A stretch of 42,011 nucleotides of DNA, from assembly GCA_964550955.1 (NCBI GenBank), contig CAZKAF010000001.1:459920-501930 (forward strand). Reading direction: 5' to 3'. Origin of the DNA: an uncultured Candidatus Saccharibacteria bacterium (GTDB taxonomy: Bacteria; Patescibacteriota; Minisyncoccia; Phycocordibacterales; CAIZLB01). The position numbers and the translations under genes are program-made. The notes beneath the pieces were generated by a model, which made no database searches, was not told the origin of the DNA, and saw only the letters and a list, made by a program, of their open reading frames with translations. Of the stretch, positions 1 to 10,259 are shown in pieces (within the stretch, counting starts at the first letter, position 1; each line of letters begins with the position of its first letter).

Positions 1-1238
1 CAAAGTTGTAGAGAATATCCGCCGGAAGGCCTGTTTATATGCAGCAAATCCCCCGTTATGTAGAGATTTTTGAATAATTTGGACCTCATCGTCTTCATGT
101 CAATTTCATCTAATACTATCCCCCCGTCCGATATGACCGCGCGGTCATATCCCATAAGCCCTTCGATAGTTACAGGCATGGCTTTGATAAGATGCATGAT
201 TTTCTTCCGATCCTCCTTCGTGACGCTGTGCACTTTCGTATCGCAAAGCTCTTTCCCGAGGATAAGGGCAAGACCGGGCGAGACTCCTTCAGGCACGATA
301 AACTCAAGCGCGTTCTTAAGCAGCTTGTTCTTATACGTATCAAAAACTTTTAAGATATTTTTCTCCAGCGCCGGGAAATCCGTATCAGGGTACATGTCAA
401 TATGCGCCTTGACGTCCCCTGCCTGCAGCAAGTCCTTTATATGATGCGCCGAGTTCAATATGAGGGGACCCGACAATCCGAAATGAGTGAAGAGGACTTT
501 TCCGACTTTTGAAAATTCTTTCTTGTCATTAACAAAGAATGAGATTTTCATAAAAGAAAGCGAAACGCCCGAGAGGGCCTTGACCCAGGCTTCCTTGACC
601 CGGACCGGCACGACGTTCGGCGTGGAAACCTCCACGCTGTGGCCCATTCTTTTAAGCCAGCTGAAGCCGTCGCCGGTTGAGCCCGTCTGAGGAGCAGAAA
701 GTCCGCCTGTCGCGAAGACGAACTGATCTCCCGCATAAGAATCCGACTTGCACTTGACGCTCGTTACCTTGCCATCCGAGAACTTGATATCTGTCACGGC
801 GGAATCCGTCTTTACCGTCACCTTTCCGGTCTTTGCATACTTCTCCATAATGCGACAGACATCGAGCGCTTTCTGTGTTTTTGGAAATGCTCTCTTATGA
901 GCTTCGACAACCAACGGAAGGCCGCGAACCTCAAAAAAATTAAAGGTGTCCTGAACGCCGAACCGGGCAAACGGCGAATACAGGAAGTCCTTGGCTTTTC
1001 CGTACTTCGAAAGCAAAACATGGATATCGGGCTCGGCATTTGTCACGTTGCATCGACCTCCGCCGGTAATCTTCAGCTTTTCGCCCAAATGCTTATTTTT
1101 CTCAATGATGAGTACAGCCTTGCCAAGTTCGGCAGCTCTGCCCGCAGCCATCATGCCCGACGCTCCGCCGCCGACAATGACCACGTCAAAATGATTCGGG
1201 GCCTTCTGGGCCGTTTTTGCGTACTTGGCATGCGACAT
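1..1238 (-). CDS. HI0933/BaiN-like NAD(P)/FAD-dependent flavoprotein (C-terminus runs off window start)
   Basis: Own minus-strand translation from ATG at 1238: MSHAKYAKTAQKAPNHFDVVIVGGGASGMMAAGRAAELGKAVLIIEKNKHLGEKLKITGGGRCNVTN... This gives a GxGxxG FAD fold plus the ITGGGRCNVTN hallmark, and ...GGYSLQ lies at the window edge. It is absent from the ORF track because there is no stop in the window. The + strand ORFs 70-1259 are antisense shadows. Confidence 0.85.
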   Translation of the reverse strand, partial: MSHAKYAKTAQKAPNHFDVVIVGGGASGMMAAGRAAELGKAVLIIEKNKHLGEKLKITGGGRCNVTNAEPDIHVLLSKYGKAKDFLYSPFARFGVQDTFNFFEVRGLPLVVEAHKRAFPKTQKALDVCRIMEKYAKTGKVTVKTDSAVTDIKFSDGKVTSVKCKSDSYAGDQFVFATGGLSAPQTGSTGDGFSWLKRMGHSVEVSTPNVVPVRVKEAWVKALSGVSLSFMKISFFVNDKKEFSKVGKVLFTHFGLSGPLILNSAHHIKDLLQAGDVKAHIDMYPDTDFPALEKNILKVFDTYKNKLLKNALEFIVPEGVSPGLALILGKELCDTKVHSVTKEDRKKIMHLIKAMPVTIEGLMGYDRAVISDGGIVLDEIDMKTMRSKLFKNLYITGDLLHINRPSGGYSLQL

Positions 1239-1391
1239 ATCTTTGCAGTGTATAGGTAATGTGTTGTAATTACAAGTTCATCTTTCTTTTCATCTTTTTT
1301 TCATCCGACCTCTCTACTATTGGACAGTACGGCATCGAGACGTACGATTTATTACAAGAGAGACCATAATCATAAAGTTCTTATACAAAAT

Positions 1392-1811
1392 ATGAGCAAA
1401 AAGTTGAAGAAAAAAACTACGGCGTTGGCAGTACTCGGAGTTTTGGGATTGCTGCTGGCCGGACCCACGTCAGCCGCGGCATTCGGTTTCGGTCCAGGAA
1501 AAGGGGTGTCGAGAGGCACGCCCGAAGCGGTAGCCAAGCGGCAGACCGAAATATTCGCCAAGCAAGCCGTGCTGACCGGAGCGACCCTGGACGAAGTCAG
1601 GAAAGCTTGGACCGACGGCATCTCATTCAAAGATTTTGCCCTGTCCAAGGGGCTGAGCGAAGACCAGCTCAAGGAGAAGCTGCAGGCCGAAAAGCAGGCG
1701 CGGCTTAAGGCGCGCCTGCAAACTCTGGTGGATAAGAATGCCATAACCCAAGCTCAGGCGGACAAAAGGTATGAGAAAATGAAAGATCACAGGAAGCCGA
1801 AAGCAAGATAA
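1392..1811 (+). CDS. small secreted/anchored helical hypothetical protein
   Basis: ORF 1320-1811. The likely start is ATG 1392, giving MSKKLKKKTTALAVLGVLGLLLAGPTSAAA (signal-peptide-like). The rest is Lys/Gln/Ala-rich and helical. No family recognised. Confidence 0.55.
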   Translation: MSKKLKKKTTALAVLGVLGLLLAGPTSAAAFGFGPGKGVSRGTPEAVAKRQTEIFAKQAVLTGATLDEVRKAWTDGISFKDFALSKGLSEDQLKEKLQAEKQARLKARLQTLVDKNAITQAQADKRYEKMKDHRKPKAR

Positions 1812-1878
1812 TCCCGCTTAGGCAGTCTGGCTCTTGAGATGAGACGCGAGAATTGAATATTTGTAAATTGAGACAAGG

Positions 1879-1903
1879 GGCGTATGTAAAAACTACGCCT
1901 TTT
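1879..1903 (+). terminator. hairpin plus T-tract between convergent genes
   Basis: GGCGTA(1879-1884)/TACGCC(1894-1899) stem followed by TTTT. It overlaps the stop codon of the minus-strand kinase gene. Confidence 0.4.
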
Positions 1904-3005
1904 GCCTTGCCCGGGGAATCTGAATGACAACCTCGGTCCCCTCATTGACCTTGCTTGAAATGGTGACGGTCCCCTTATGCTGCTCGATAATCTGCTTCGC
2001 GATCGGCAGGCCCAGGCCGGAACCGCTGCCGCTCGTTCTTGAATGCGAAGCCTTGTAAAATCGGTCGAATACGTGAGGCAGATCTGCTTTTGAAATGCCG
2101 ACGCCCGTATCCTTTATGACCAGCCGCATGGAAGAGGGCGTGTCGGACAAGGACACTTTTATCGAGCCCTTCTCCGGCGTGTAGTTGATGGCATTCTGTA
2201 TGACGTTCTGTATCGCCCTTTCAAGATGGTTTACGTGCGCCTGCGCGAAGAGCGCCTTGCCCGCATCCTTTTTCAGCTCAAGGGCGATGCCCTTCATGGA
2301 CGCCTGCTTGGACATCTTGTCGCAGATTTTCTCGACGAAAGCTCCGAAATCCAGATTCTCGCTGTGGCCCGCCTGATTCTGATCGACGTATTGATACACG
2401 CCTTCGGTCCGGGCAAGCAGCAGCAAGTCCGAAACGAGCAGGGACATCTTGTCTATTTCTTCAAGATTGCTCGTAAGCGCGCCCCGATAGACCGCCGTCT
2501 GGGAAGAGCTGTCCTGCAGGGCGACCTCGGTCTCCGTTTTCATGATAGCAAGCGGAGTGCGGAGATCATGCGACACGTCGGCGACGAATCTTTTCTGATC
2601 GTCCAGCGCCCGCTTGATCGGCTTCAATGTCCTTCCCGCCAGGACATAGCTCGCGCCTCCGATAAGGACAAGCAGCATCGCGTCGACGGTCAGGACCAGC
2701 GTCTTGATGGCGCGGCTGGCATCATTGAAATCCTGCTCGTATATCTTGTTGATGCGCTCCATTCCGGCCAGGAAAATGGGAGTTCTCGGCAGCTCGCTGA
2801 CGAAGAGCTCGTTCCTGACCATGTGCCGCCGATACGCGGCCCGCATGTTCTTGTCTATTTCGCTCAGCAGGATGGTGCTGAAGAGCCCGATGATGATTAC
2901 CATGAAAAGCACGTAATACATCGTCAGGCGCAGGCGCGCTTTCAGGAACACGTTATGACTTAATGCGGTAGCCCATGCCATGAACTGTTTCGAGTATTGT
3001 TTCAT
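1893..3005 (-). CDS. sensor histidine kinase (HisKA + HATPase_c)
   Basis: H-box VSHDLRTPL. ATP-binding G-boxes DTGVGI and GSGLGLPIAKQIIEQHKG. N-terminal TM segment. The start is uncertain (3005, 2981 or 2921). It overlaps the upstream response regulator stop. Confidence 0.9.
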   Translation of the reverse strand: MKQYSKQFMAWATALSHNVFLKARLRLTMYYVLFMVIIIGLFSTILLSEIDKNMRAAYRRHMVRNELFVSELPRTPIFLAGMERINKIYEQDFNDASRAIKTLVLTVDAMLLVLIGGASYVLAGRTLKPIKRALDDQKRFVADVSHDLRTPLAIMKTETEVALQDSSSQTAVYRGALTSNLEEIDKMSLLVSDLLLLARTEGVYQYVDQNQAGHSENLDFGAFVEKICDKMSKQASMKGIALELKKDAGKALFAQAHVNHLERAIQNVIQNAINYTPEKGSIKVSLSDTPSSMRLVIKDTGVGISKADLPHVFDRFYKASHSRTSGSGSGLGLPIAKQIIEQHKGTVTISSKVNEGTEVVIQIPRARQKA

Positions 3006-3624
3006 TTTTCTTCTGTATCTTCTTTCGGAGATTTTTTATATGAGCGTCCACGACATTGCTGGCCGAATCCGAGGCGAAGTCCCAGACATGCTGGACGATC
3101 TGCTCTCGCGTCAGGACCTGGTCCAGATTTCTCATGCAGAACTCAAGAATAGCAAATTCTTTCGAGGTAAGCGAAACTTCCTTCCCGCCTTTCAGCACCT
3201 GATGCTTGGTAGTGTCGAGCACGAGGTCGGCGACGCGCAGCTCGGTAGTGACGGAATCCACAGGCCTTCGCAAAAGCGCATGAACGCGAGCGAGGAGCTC
3301 CTCGAACGCGAAAGGCTTCACCAGATAATCGTCGGCGCCGGCATCGAGCCCTTGCACGCGGTCTTCGATCGCGTCTTTCGCGGTCAGCATCAGGATCGGA
3401 ACCGTTATGTTCATTTTTCTCAAAGTCTGGCAGATAATCATGCCGTCAAGATTCGGCAGCATTCGGTCCAGCAGGACGAGATCATACTGATGATGGTCGT
3501 GCTCGAGGCGGCGCATGGCCTGCCCGCCGTCGTATATCGTATCGACGGCGTATCCCTTCTGCTCCAATCCCCTTTTTATGGAATCGGCTAGCTTTTGCTG
3601 GTCTTCTACGATTAAAATTCTCAT
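2953..3624 (-). CDS. OmpR-family response regulator
   Basis: Receiver domain MRILIVEDQ...DLVLLDRMLPNLDG...LTAKD. Winged-helix C-terminus ...LTSKEFAILEF...VHGMGYRI. Confidence 0.92.
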   Translation of the reverse strand: MRILIVEDQQKLADSIKRGLEQKGYAVDTIYDGGQAMRRLEHDHHQYDLVLLDRMLPNLDGMIICQTLRKMNITVPILMLTAKDAIEDRVQGLDAGADDYLVKPFAFEELLARVHALLRRPVDSVTTELRVADLVLDTTKHQVLKGGKEVSLTSKEFAILEFCMRNLDQVLTREQIVQHVWDFASDSASNVVDAHIKNLRKKIQKKNETILETVHGMGYRIKS

Positions 3625-3669
3625 GCTGCAATTATCCTACCAGAACATGAAGAATTCATGAACACTCCC

Positions 3670-4362
<693 letters not shown>

Positions 4363-4404
4363 GTTTGTATGTCGTTAATCTAATTTATGCTTATGTCCGG
4401 CAGC

Positions 4405-5016
4405 CTATCTCTTTCTTGCAAAAACCATAGTACCGAAGTCTCGATTCAAGTTCAAGTGCAGCTCGTTGCCCCTGATGGAGAAAGAATTCGTAAGCTGGAG
4501 CTGGCTTGAATATTGCTGCTCGAGCGACCCTTCGCAATACATGAGCGTCGAGAAGAACGAACCGAAGCTCAGGACTTCGCCGTTGCGCGCATACTTGCCG
4601 CCGAGATGATTGCAATCGGTAGTGCTTGTCATTTCCCCCTCTCCGCCGAACTTCAGGACGAATTTGCCTCCCGCAGGAGCGTTTACCATGGCGCCCGTGC
4701 CAAGCCTCGTATAAAGCCATGTCCACTCGGTGTTATCAATCGAAGATGAATTTGCAGCGTTCGCCGCACCAGAACCGCTGCCAGCAGCGGAAGGCGCAGA
4801 TTGGCCGGGCCCGACGATGCCCTGAGCCGAGGAAGAAGCGCTTGCGACCGGTTCCGAAGTCGAAGCGGCGCTGTCAGAGGCCGTCGAGCTCGCGACTGCC
4901 GCGACCGGCTCGTCATCATAGGCGGGAGCCTCGGTTCTTTTCGTGAAAATGAACAGGCTGATCAAGATTCCGATGATGACGACAATCCAAATGATGTGTG
5001 ATGTCTTTGTTTGCAT
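4405..5016 (-). CDS. membrane-anchored META-domain (HslJ-like) protein
   Basis: ORF 4405-5076. The likely start is ATG 5016 (MQTKTSHIIWIVVIIGILISLFIF). After an Ala/Ser-rich linker the C-terminus ...TTDCNHLGGKYARNGEVLSFGSFFSTLMYCEG...FSIRGNELHLNL resembles the META/HslJ pattern. Confidence 0.7.
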   Translation of the reverse strand: MQTKTSHIIWIVVIIGILISLFIFTKRTEAPAYDDEPVAAVASSTASDSAASTSEPVASASSSAQGIVGPGQSAPSAAGSGSGAANAANSSSIDNTEWTWLYTRLGTGAMVNAPAGGKFVLKFGGEGEMTSTTDCNHLGGKYARNGEVLSFGSFFSTLMYCEGSLEQQYSSQLQLTNSFSIRGNELHLNLNRDFGTMVFARKR

Positions 5017-5198
5017 AATGTAACCATTATACCAGTAATAAATTCTGTCGCCAGCCGGAGGAAAATGCCCATGCAAGCTGCCGTTTTTGAATTATGAAGT
5101 TTTGGTAAACTTTGACTTAGCATCAAGCCTCCGTGCTATAATTTTCACACTTTTGCTCAAGCTTTACTAACCCCTTTTGCGATTCATAACCGAGAATC

Positions 5199-5861
5199 AT
5201 GCGCGTATTAGTCATTGAAGACAACAAAACCATGAGGGAATCCTTGAAATCAATCCTGGAAAATGAAGGCTTCGTTGTAGACTCGGCCTCCGACGGCGAC
5301 AAGGGATCGTATCTTGCCAGGACGAACAACTACGATATCGTGCTTCTCGACAACAACCTGCCGCTGAAGATGGGAGACGAGGTCTGCAGGGACATTCGCA
5401 GCGCGTCCAAGCATGTTCCGATACTCCTGCTGTCGGTGCAGTCAGAGCTGCACGAGAAAGTGCTCCTGCTCGATTCCGGTGCCGATGACTATCTCACGAA
5501 ACCGTATTCATACAGGGAATTGCTTGCCAGAATGAAGGCCCTGACGCGCAGGCCTCCCGTCATAAAGCCGGACATATTCAGCGTCGGGAACCTGGTCGTC
5601 AACTGCTTGAATTCGCAAGTATTCCTGGGCGACAGGAGCGTGTACCTGACGCGGAAAGAATTCGCCTTGCTTGAGCTGCTCCTGCGCAACAGGGGCAATG
5701 CGGTATCGAAAGGCATCATACTCGAGCATGTCTGGGACATGAACGTGAATCCCTTTTCCAAGACGGTCGAGACGCACATACTCAACCTCAGGAAGAAGAT
5801 AGAAAGGGACGGAGAGAAGCTGATTCAGAGCATTCACGGCCGAGGATACAGAATACCTTGA
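5199..5861 (+). CDS. OmpR-family response regulator
   Basis: MRVLVIEDNKTMRESL...DIVLLDNNLP receiver domain. C-terminal winged helix ...LTRKEFALLELL...IHGRGYRI. Confidence 0.92.
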   Translation: MRVLVIEDNKTMRESLKSILENEGFVVDSASDGDKGSYLARTNNYDIVLLDNNLPLKMGDEVCRDIRSASKHVPILLLSVQSELHEKVLLLDSGADDYLTKPYSYRELLARMKALTRRPPVIKPDIFSVGNLVVNCLNSQVFLGDRSVYLTRKEFALLELLLRNRGNAVSKGIILEHVWDMNVNPFSKTVETHILNLRKKIERDGEKLIQSIHGRGYRIP

Positions 5862-5967
5862 GAGCGCGGGCGGGAGAGGTGAACAGGCCCGGGGCGAAAG
5901 GTCCGGCGAACTTGAACAAAACTTTATTCTTTCTTGAACATTGACCCTATAAGCTTAGAAGCACGAT

Positions 5968-6984
5968 ATGAACATCTTCGAATCAGAAAGCAAGAAGTTC
6001 TTGCGAATAGCGCTGGGCGCAATCTTGATTTGCACCATAGTCCTGATCTTGATATTGAACGTGTCCGCGCTTCGAACGGGACATACGGTCTCGCACAGCT
6101 TGAAGACGAATGCCTACAGCTCCGTCCTCCTGATGCTAAGCGGCTTTTTATGCTTGATTTACAGAAACAGCCTCAAAAAATCATTGGCTCGGGCGGAGCA
6201 GTCGGAAAGGGAGCTGCAGGAAAAGAACGATTCGCTGGAACAGATAATTGAAGAAAGGACGCGCGAGCTGAGGAAGAATCAGACCGAGCAGATAACCCAG
6301 CTGTACAGATTCGCCGAATTCGGCAGGATGTCTTCCGGCATCTTTCACGACATGATAAACCCTTTCTCCGCCGTGACCATGAACATTTACTCGCTGCAGA
6401 AATCAAGCGCGGAAAACCATGAGCACGTGAAAGCTTCCATCGACCGGGCAGTGCAGGCAAGCAGGAGGCTCGAGCGCTTCATAACTTCTGTAAAGAGGCA
6501 GATCAGCGCGACGGATACCAAGGAAAACTTTTCCATGAACGATCTCGTCGAGGAGACGATGGAGATATTCAACCACAAGGCGCTCAAGTCGGGCGTCGCC
6601 CTCGAATTCCAGTCTGACGAAGAAATCCGCCTTTACGGAAACACCATAAAATTTCAGCAGATTGTCTCGAATCTGATTTCAAACGCGATAGATTCGTATG
6701 AAGGTGCCGACAAATCTGCAAGCGAAAGATGCGTCAAGATAAAGATTCACGACAACGCTTCGCATGTCTGCATCAGGGTGAGCGACAGCGGATGCGGCAT
6801 TCCGCAGGACAACATAGGCAAGATATTCGATCCGTTCTTCACGACCAAATCATACGAGAAAGGCATAGGAATCGGACTTTCAACGATCAAAGAAATTATA
6901 GAAAGCGAATTCAAGGGACGGATATCCGTTACCAGCAAAGAAAGCGTCGGATCGACGTTCAGGGTGAAGATACCTTCAAAATGA
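5968..6984 (+). CDS. sensor histidine kinase
   Basis: Two N-terminal TM segments and a coiled region. H-box-like SGIFHDMINPF. HATPase_c motifs NLISNAIDS, DSGCGI and GIGIGLSTIKEIIE. Confidence 0.85.
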   Translation: MNIFESESKKFLRIALGAILICTIVLILILNVSALRTGHTVSHSLKTNAYSSVLLMLSGFLCLIYRNSLKKSLARAEQSERELQEKNDSLEQIIEERTRELRKNQTEQITQLYRFAEFGRMSSGIFHDMINPFSAVTMNIYSLQKSSAENHEHVKASIDRAVQASRRLERFITSVKRQISATDTKENFSMNDLVEETMEIFNHKALKSGVALEFQSDEEIRLYGNTIKFQQIVSNLISNAIDSYEGADKSASERCVKIKIHDNASHVCIRVSDSGCGIPQDNIGKIFDPFFTTKSYEKGIGIGLSTIKEIIESEFKGRISVTSKESVGSTFRVKIPSK

Positions 6985-7551
6985 ATCCAAATTGACGCCT
7001 TCTTCCGACAGCATCTTTTTCTTGCGCTCGATTCCCCACCGATACCCGCCGATTTTCTTGTCCGAAGTGAGCACCCTGTGGCAAGGGATGAGATAGCCGA
7101 TAGGATTATTGCCGACAGCGGTTCCGACGGGACGGCTCTTGTTCTTGTCGCCCAGCTTTCGGGCAATGTCGGCATACGTGGATGTCTCGCCGGCAGGGAT
7201 TTCCAAAAGAGCCTTCCAGACGCGCACTTGAAATTCCGTGCCATGCAGATGCAGGCGAAAGAAATATTCGCCGGCATCATTGGCAGCATTATTCAAAAAG
7301 CTGCTCGCCTCGACATGAGTCTCATGGATGCGATGGAGCAATCTTGCATTGGGCCATCTCGAAGAAAGATCCGCGACAAGATCTTCCTTGGCATCGGCGA
7401 ACAGCGCGGCGCAGATGCCCTTGTTCGTCGTGGCGACCAGGCAGAATCCGAACGGCGAAGGGAAGATCGAATACTGAATCTGGAGGCCGAAGCCCTTGTC
7501 CCGGATCTCGTCCGGAGTCATCAAGTCGATCTCTATCTTAAGGTCTTGCAT
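6976..7551 (-). CDS. ogt: methylated-DNA--protein-cysteine methyltransferase
   Basis: Active-site IPCHRVL (PCHR motif). Also GTEFQVRVWKALLEIPAGETSTYADIA and NPIGYLIPCHRV. The N-terminal MGMT ribonuclease-like domain is present. Confidence 0.9.
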   Translation of the reverse strand: MQDLKIEIDLMTPDEIRDKGFGLQIQYSIFPSPFGFCLVATTNKGICAALFADAKEDLVADLSSRWPNARLLHRIHETHVEASSFLNNAANDAGEYFFRLHLHGTEFQVRVWKALLEIPAGETSTYADIARKLGDKNKSRPVGTAVGNNPIGYLIPCHRVLTSDKKIGGYRWGIERKKKMLSEEGVNLDSF

Positions 7552-7584
7552 GACAATTAATATATACCACGGTTCAAGAAAATA

Positions 7585-8694
7585 CTACTTGAATCCCCGC
7601 TCCTCGTATTTGCGGCCCTGAATCTTGCGATATTCCTTATGCAGCTTTCTTGTCCTGTTCCTGCGATCAGCCTGAGCGGAGGCCGCTTCTCCGCCAGCCC
7701 CGGCGTCCTTCGAGGCGCGGAATTCTTTTTCTTTCTGAATCTTCTTATAGCCCTGGAACTGCCTGTCGCTCAGGGCTCCGCCGCTGATCGCTTCCTGCAC
7801 CGCGCAGCCCTCGCTCTTCTCGTGATCGCATTTCGGATATTTGCATTGCCGCATCAGGCTCTCGATGTCCGCGAAAGCCTGATTGTCGGCATCGGAACCC
7901 CCAAGCATTCCGAGGCTGCGCATTCCCGGCGTGTCAATGAGATATCCGCCCGAAGGAAGGGAGAACAGCTCACGGCTCGTCGTCGTATGCCTGCCCCGGC
8001 CGTCGTCTTCCCTGATTTCCCCGGTTGCCTGATGCTCGGCGCCGAGCAGCCGGTTGGTCAGGGTTGATTTGCCCGCGCCGGATGACCCAAGAAGCACGAC
8101 CGTGCGCTCCGCCTTGCCGTGGGAGAAGTATTCCAGAAGCTGACCGATGCCGTCATTCTCTTTTGCGCTCAGGAAATGCACGGCAACTCCCGGGGCAACC
8201 GCCGACACTTCCGCTTCGCGGGCAAGGCGCTCGGGACCGCTTATCAGGTCGGACTTGTTCAGCACGATTGCCGGCAGAACATCGCATTGCTTCGCCAAGG
8301 CCACGTACCTCTCCAGGCGCCTGAGGTTGAAATCGTCGTCAAGTCCCATGACGATGAGCAGGACGTCGACATTCGTCACGATGATCTGCGGCTTCTGAGC
8401 GGCCGCGTGCCGGGACCGATCGGCGGCGTCTCGCGCAATCACGGTCCTTCTCGGAAGAATTTTCTCGATGACCGCCAGGTTTTCTCCTCCGGCGTCTTCA
8501 TTTTCCACTTCTGCAAATTCGACATAGTCGCCGACCTTCGGAAAATCCTCGTCCAGATGAAACTTGCCCCGCAAGGTTGCCTTATAGTCCTTCCCCGCCG
8601 ATCGGACGACATAAGCCGTCTTGTGCTCGGCAACCACTCGCGCCGCGTCTCCAGCAGCTTTTCCTTGAATATCCTCGCGTTCTTCTTGATGCAT
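7585..8694 (-). CDS. rsgA: ribosome small-subunit-dependent GTPase A
   Basis: Circularly permuted GTPase order: NKSDL (G4), then GSSGAGKSTLTNRLLG (G1), then DTPGMRS (G3). C-terminal zinc knuckle CKYPKCDHEKSEGCAV. The ORF extends to 8784, but ATG 8694 (MHQEERED...) is the more likely start. Confidence 0.9.
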   Translation of the reverse strand: MHQEEREDIQGKAAGDAARVVAEHKTAYVVRSAGKDYKATLRGKFHLDEDFPKVGDYVEFAEVENEDAGGENLAVIEKILPRRTVIARDAADRSRHAAAQKPQIIVTNVDVLLIVMGLDDDFNLRRLERYVALAKQCDVLPAIVLNKSDLISGPERLAREAEVSAVAPGVAVHFLSAKENDGIGQLLEYFSHGKAERTVVLLGSSGAGKSTLTNRLLGAEHQATGEIREDDGRGRHTTTSRELFSLPSGGYLIDTPGMRSLGMLGGSDADNQAFADIESLMRQCKYPKCDHEKSEGCAVQEAISGGALSDRQFQGYKKIQKEKEFRASKDAGAGGEAASAQADRRNRTRKLHKEYRKIQGRKYEERGFK

Positions 8695-8798
8695 GTCATG
8701 TAAATGGTACCACCCGCGGGCGAAAAGCGAAAACAGAAAATCCCCGCGCGACTCGCCCTGCGGGGATTTCATTCTTGAATTCAATTTTGGTGCCGGGC

Positions 8799-8945
8799 CT
8801 AGATGTTTATTTCCAATCCGGGCGCGTTATCCTCTGCCGGCGCATCAACCGCCCTGTTGTTGTACCAGTATGCGCCGAATCCGACCACGATGAGGATTAA
8901 TAGGACGATGAGAATTGTGTTTACGCCTGATGATGAGTTGTTCAT
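8799..8945 (-). CDS. possible 48-aa single-TM peptide
   Basis: Own translation: MNNSSSGVNTILIVLLILIVVGFGAYWYNNRAVDAPAEDNAPGLEINI*. It is below the ORF-track length cutoff. Only composition and position support it. Confidence 0.35.
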   Translation of the reverse strand: MNNSSSGVNTILIVLLILIVVGFGAYWYNNRAVDAPAEDNAPGLEINI

Positions 8946-8980
8946 GTTTTTAAGTTAATGCTTGATAATCGGTCTGATCA

Positions 8981-9133
8981 TTATCTCAGCGAATTTTCGC
9001 CCCTGATGATCCTGACAAGGAACATCACGAGGGCAATCACGAGAAGGACGTGGATAAAGTATCCGAGGCTGTACGTGCCAAGGACGCCGAGCAGCCAAAG
9101 TATGAGCAGTATCGTAGCAATTGTTGTAAGCAT
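8981..9133 (-). CDS. small membrane protein, lmo0937-like family
   Basis: Own translation: MLTTIATILLILWLLGVLGTYSLGYFIHVLLVIALVMFLVRIIRGENSLR*. The LWLLG...IH.LLVIA...RG pattern is recalled from the lmo0937 small membrane protein family. Confidence 0.55.
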   Translation of the reverse strand: MLTTIATILLILWLLGVLGTYSLGYFIHVLLVIALVMFLVRIIRGENSLR

Positions 9134-9270
9134 GTTTTTTATTTTTGCCGAAAATTCGCATTTAAGGCGGTTAGCGTATAAAGAAACGGCTTGTTGCCAG
9201 GCCTCGCATATTAAGACGATGCTCCCGGAATTTCATGACGAAGCCCTGCTTGCAACTGGACCCCCGAAGC

Positions 9271-9597
9271 CTAAAGGACGGAGCCGGCGTTTCCGGGGCC
9301 CGGAGCCTGGTGAGCATCCGAAATACCGGATGTCCCGCTCCTGAGCGCGGCGTTCTCCTCTTCGAGCTTCTTGGCCCTTTTCTGAAGCGCGGAAAATTCC
9401 AGATGCATCTTTATAAGTTCCGGAAAGCTGAACAGTATGAATATGATGATGCCCGTGAAAACCGCGAGCAGCAGCATGAGGGCGAGCGATCCTTCAATTT
9501 GCCAAAACAAAAAAGTTACGGCAATGGTTGCAGTATTCTGCAGGGCGAATATGACGGTGACGGCGCCGAGGACCAAGCCGAGGATAAGAAACAGCAT
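9271..9597 (-). CDS. LapA-domain (DUF1049-like) membrane protein
   Basis: Two TM helices (MLFLILGLVLGAVTVIFALQN...LALMLLLAVFTGIIIFILF) followed by a coiled ...LQKRAKKLEEENAALR segment. Confidence 0.7.
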   Translation of the reverse strand: MLFLILGLVLGAVTVIFALQNTATIAVTFLFWQIEGSLALMLLLAVFTGIIIFILFSFPELIKMHLEFSALQKRAKKLEEENAALRSGTSGISDAHQAPGPGNAGSVL

Positions 9598-9743
9598 GAT
9601 GTAAGATGGTTAAATTTATAAGCTTGCTGCGCCGGGCGGACAAGCTCGGACAGCTCTGCGAATGACGCTTCCTTAAGTATACAGGTTGCGGCGAAATACC
9701 TTAAGGCGCCGCCGGCAATGTCCCCTTTTATCGGACTGCTGTA

Positions 9744-10205
9744 TTAGACGCCCTTCTCGCACAGCTCTTTCAATGCCTGCAATGATTTCGGCCACGAATC
9801 TTCGAACATGTCCTTGAATTCATCGGCCACGTCCAAATCGACAGAAAGTTCAGTTCCCCCATCCTTGTCTACAAATGAATAGTTTTCAAAGGCCGGCGCC
9901 CACTTTTTTGCCTCATCGCTCGTAGTGTCCTCGATCCCGTTGCTGATCATTCCCACATGCTCGATGGAAATGAATTCATGCTTTCGGTTAACTTTTATGC
10001 GACTGACCATGCCCATGTCAGCCTCATTCCCATTTTCATCGGATCCAAGAAAAAGTATCTTGCTTCCCTCGCTCCAATCGCCGACATATCGGGAATTCTC
10101 ACCAAAAGCCTTTGTCCATTGCCTGTACGTTGCATCCTGAAGCATCGTATCCCAAACTTTTTCTCTTGGCGCATCAATATGAATCGTAAAATGTATTTTT
10201 TGCAT
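9744..10205 (-). CDS. SRPBCC (AHSA1/Aha1-like) domain protein
   Basis: MQKIHFTIHIDAPREKVWDTMLQDATYRQWTKAF... is a typical N-terminus of PF08327-type SRPBCC proteins. Confidence 0.8.
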   Translation of the reverse strand: MQKIHFTIHIDAPREKVWDTMLQDATYRQWTKAFGENSRYVGDWSEGSKILFLGSDENGNEADMGMVSRIKVNRKHEFISIEHVGMISNGIEDTTSDEAKKWAPAFENYSFVDKDGGTELSVDLDVADEFKDMFEDSWPKSLQALKELCEKGV

Positions 10206-10259
10206 ATTTTTATTTTTATAAATATTTAATTTAAAATTCAGCCGGCCGTCGGCACCGGC

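Noticed and set aside
70-1259. Several + strand ORFs in the track (70-444, 487-690, 897-1259, 991-1194)
   Set aside because: They lie antisense to a clearly recognisable minus-strand HI0933-like flavoprotein gene that lacks a stop inside the window. Their translations are low complexity with no motifs.
2226-2963. 245-aa + strand ORF
   Set aside because: It is antisense to the histidine kinase gene, which has unambiguous H-box and ATP-binding motifs.
8119-8703. 194-aa + strand ORF
   Set aside because: It is antisense to rsgA.
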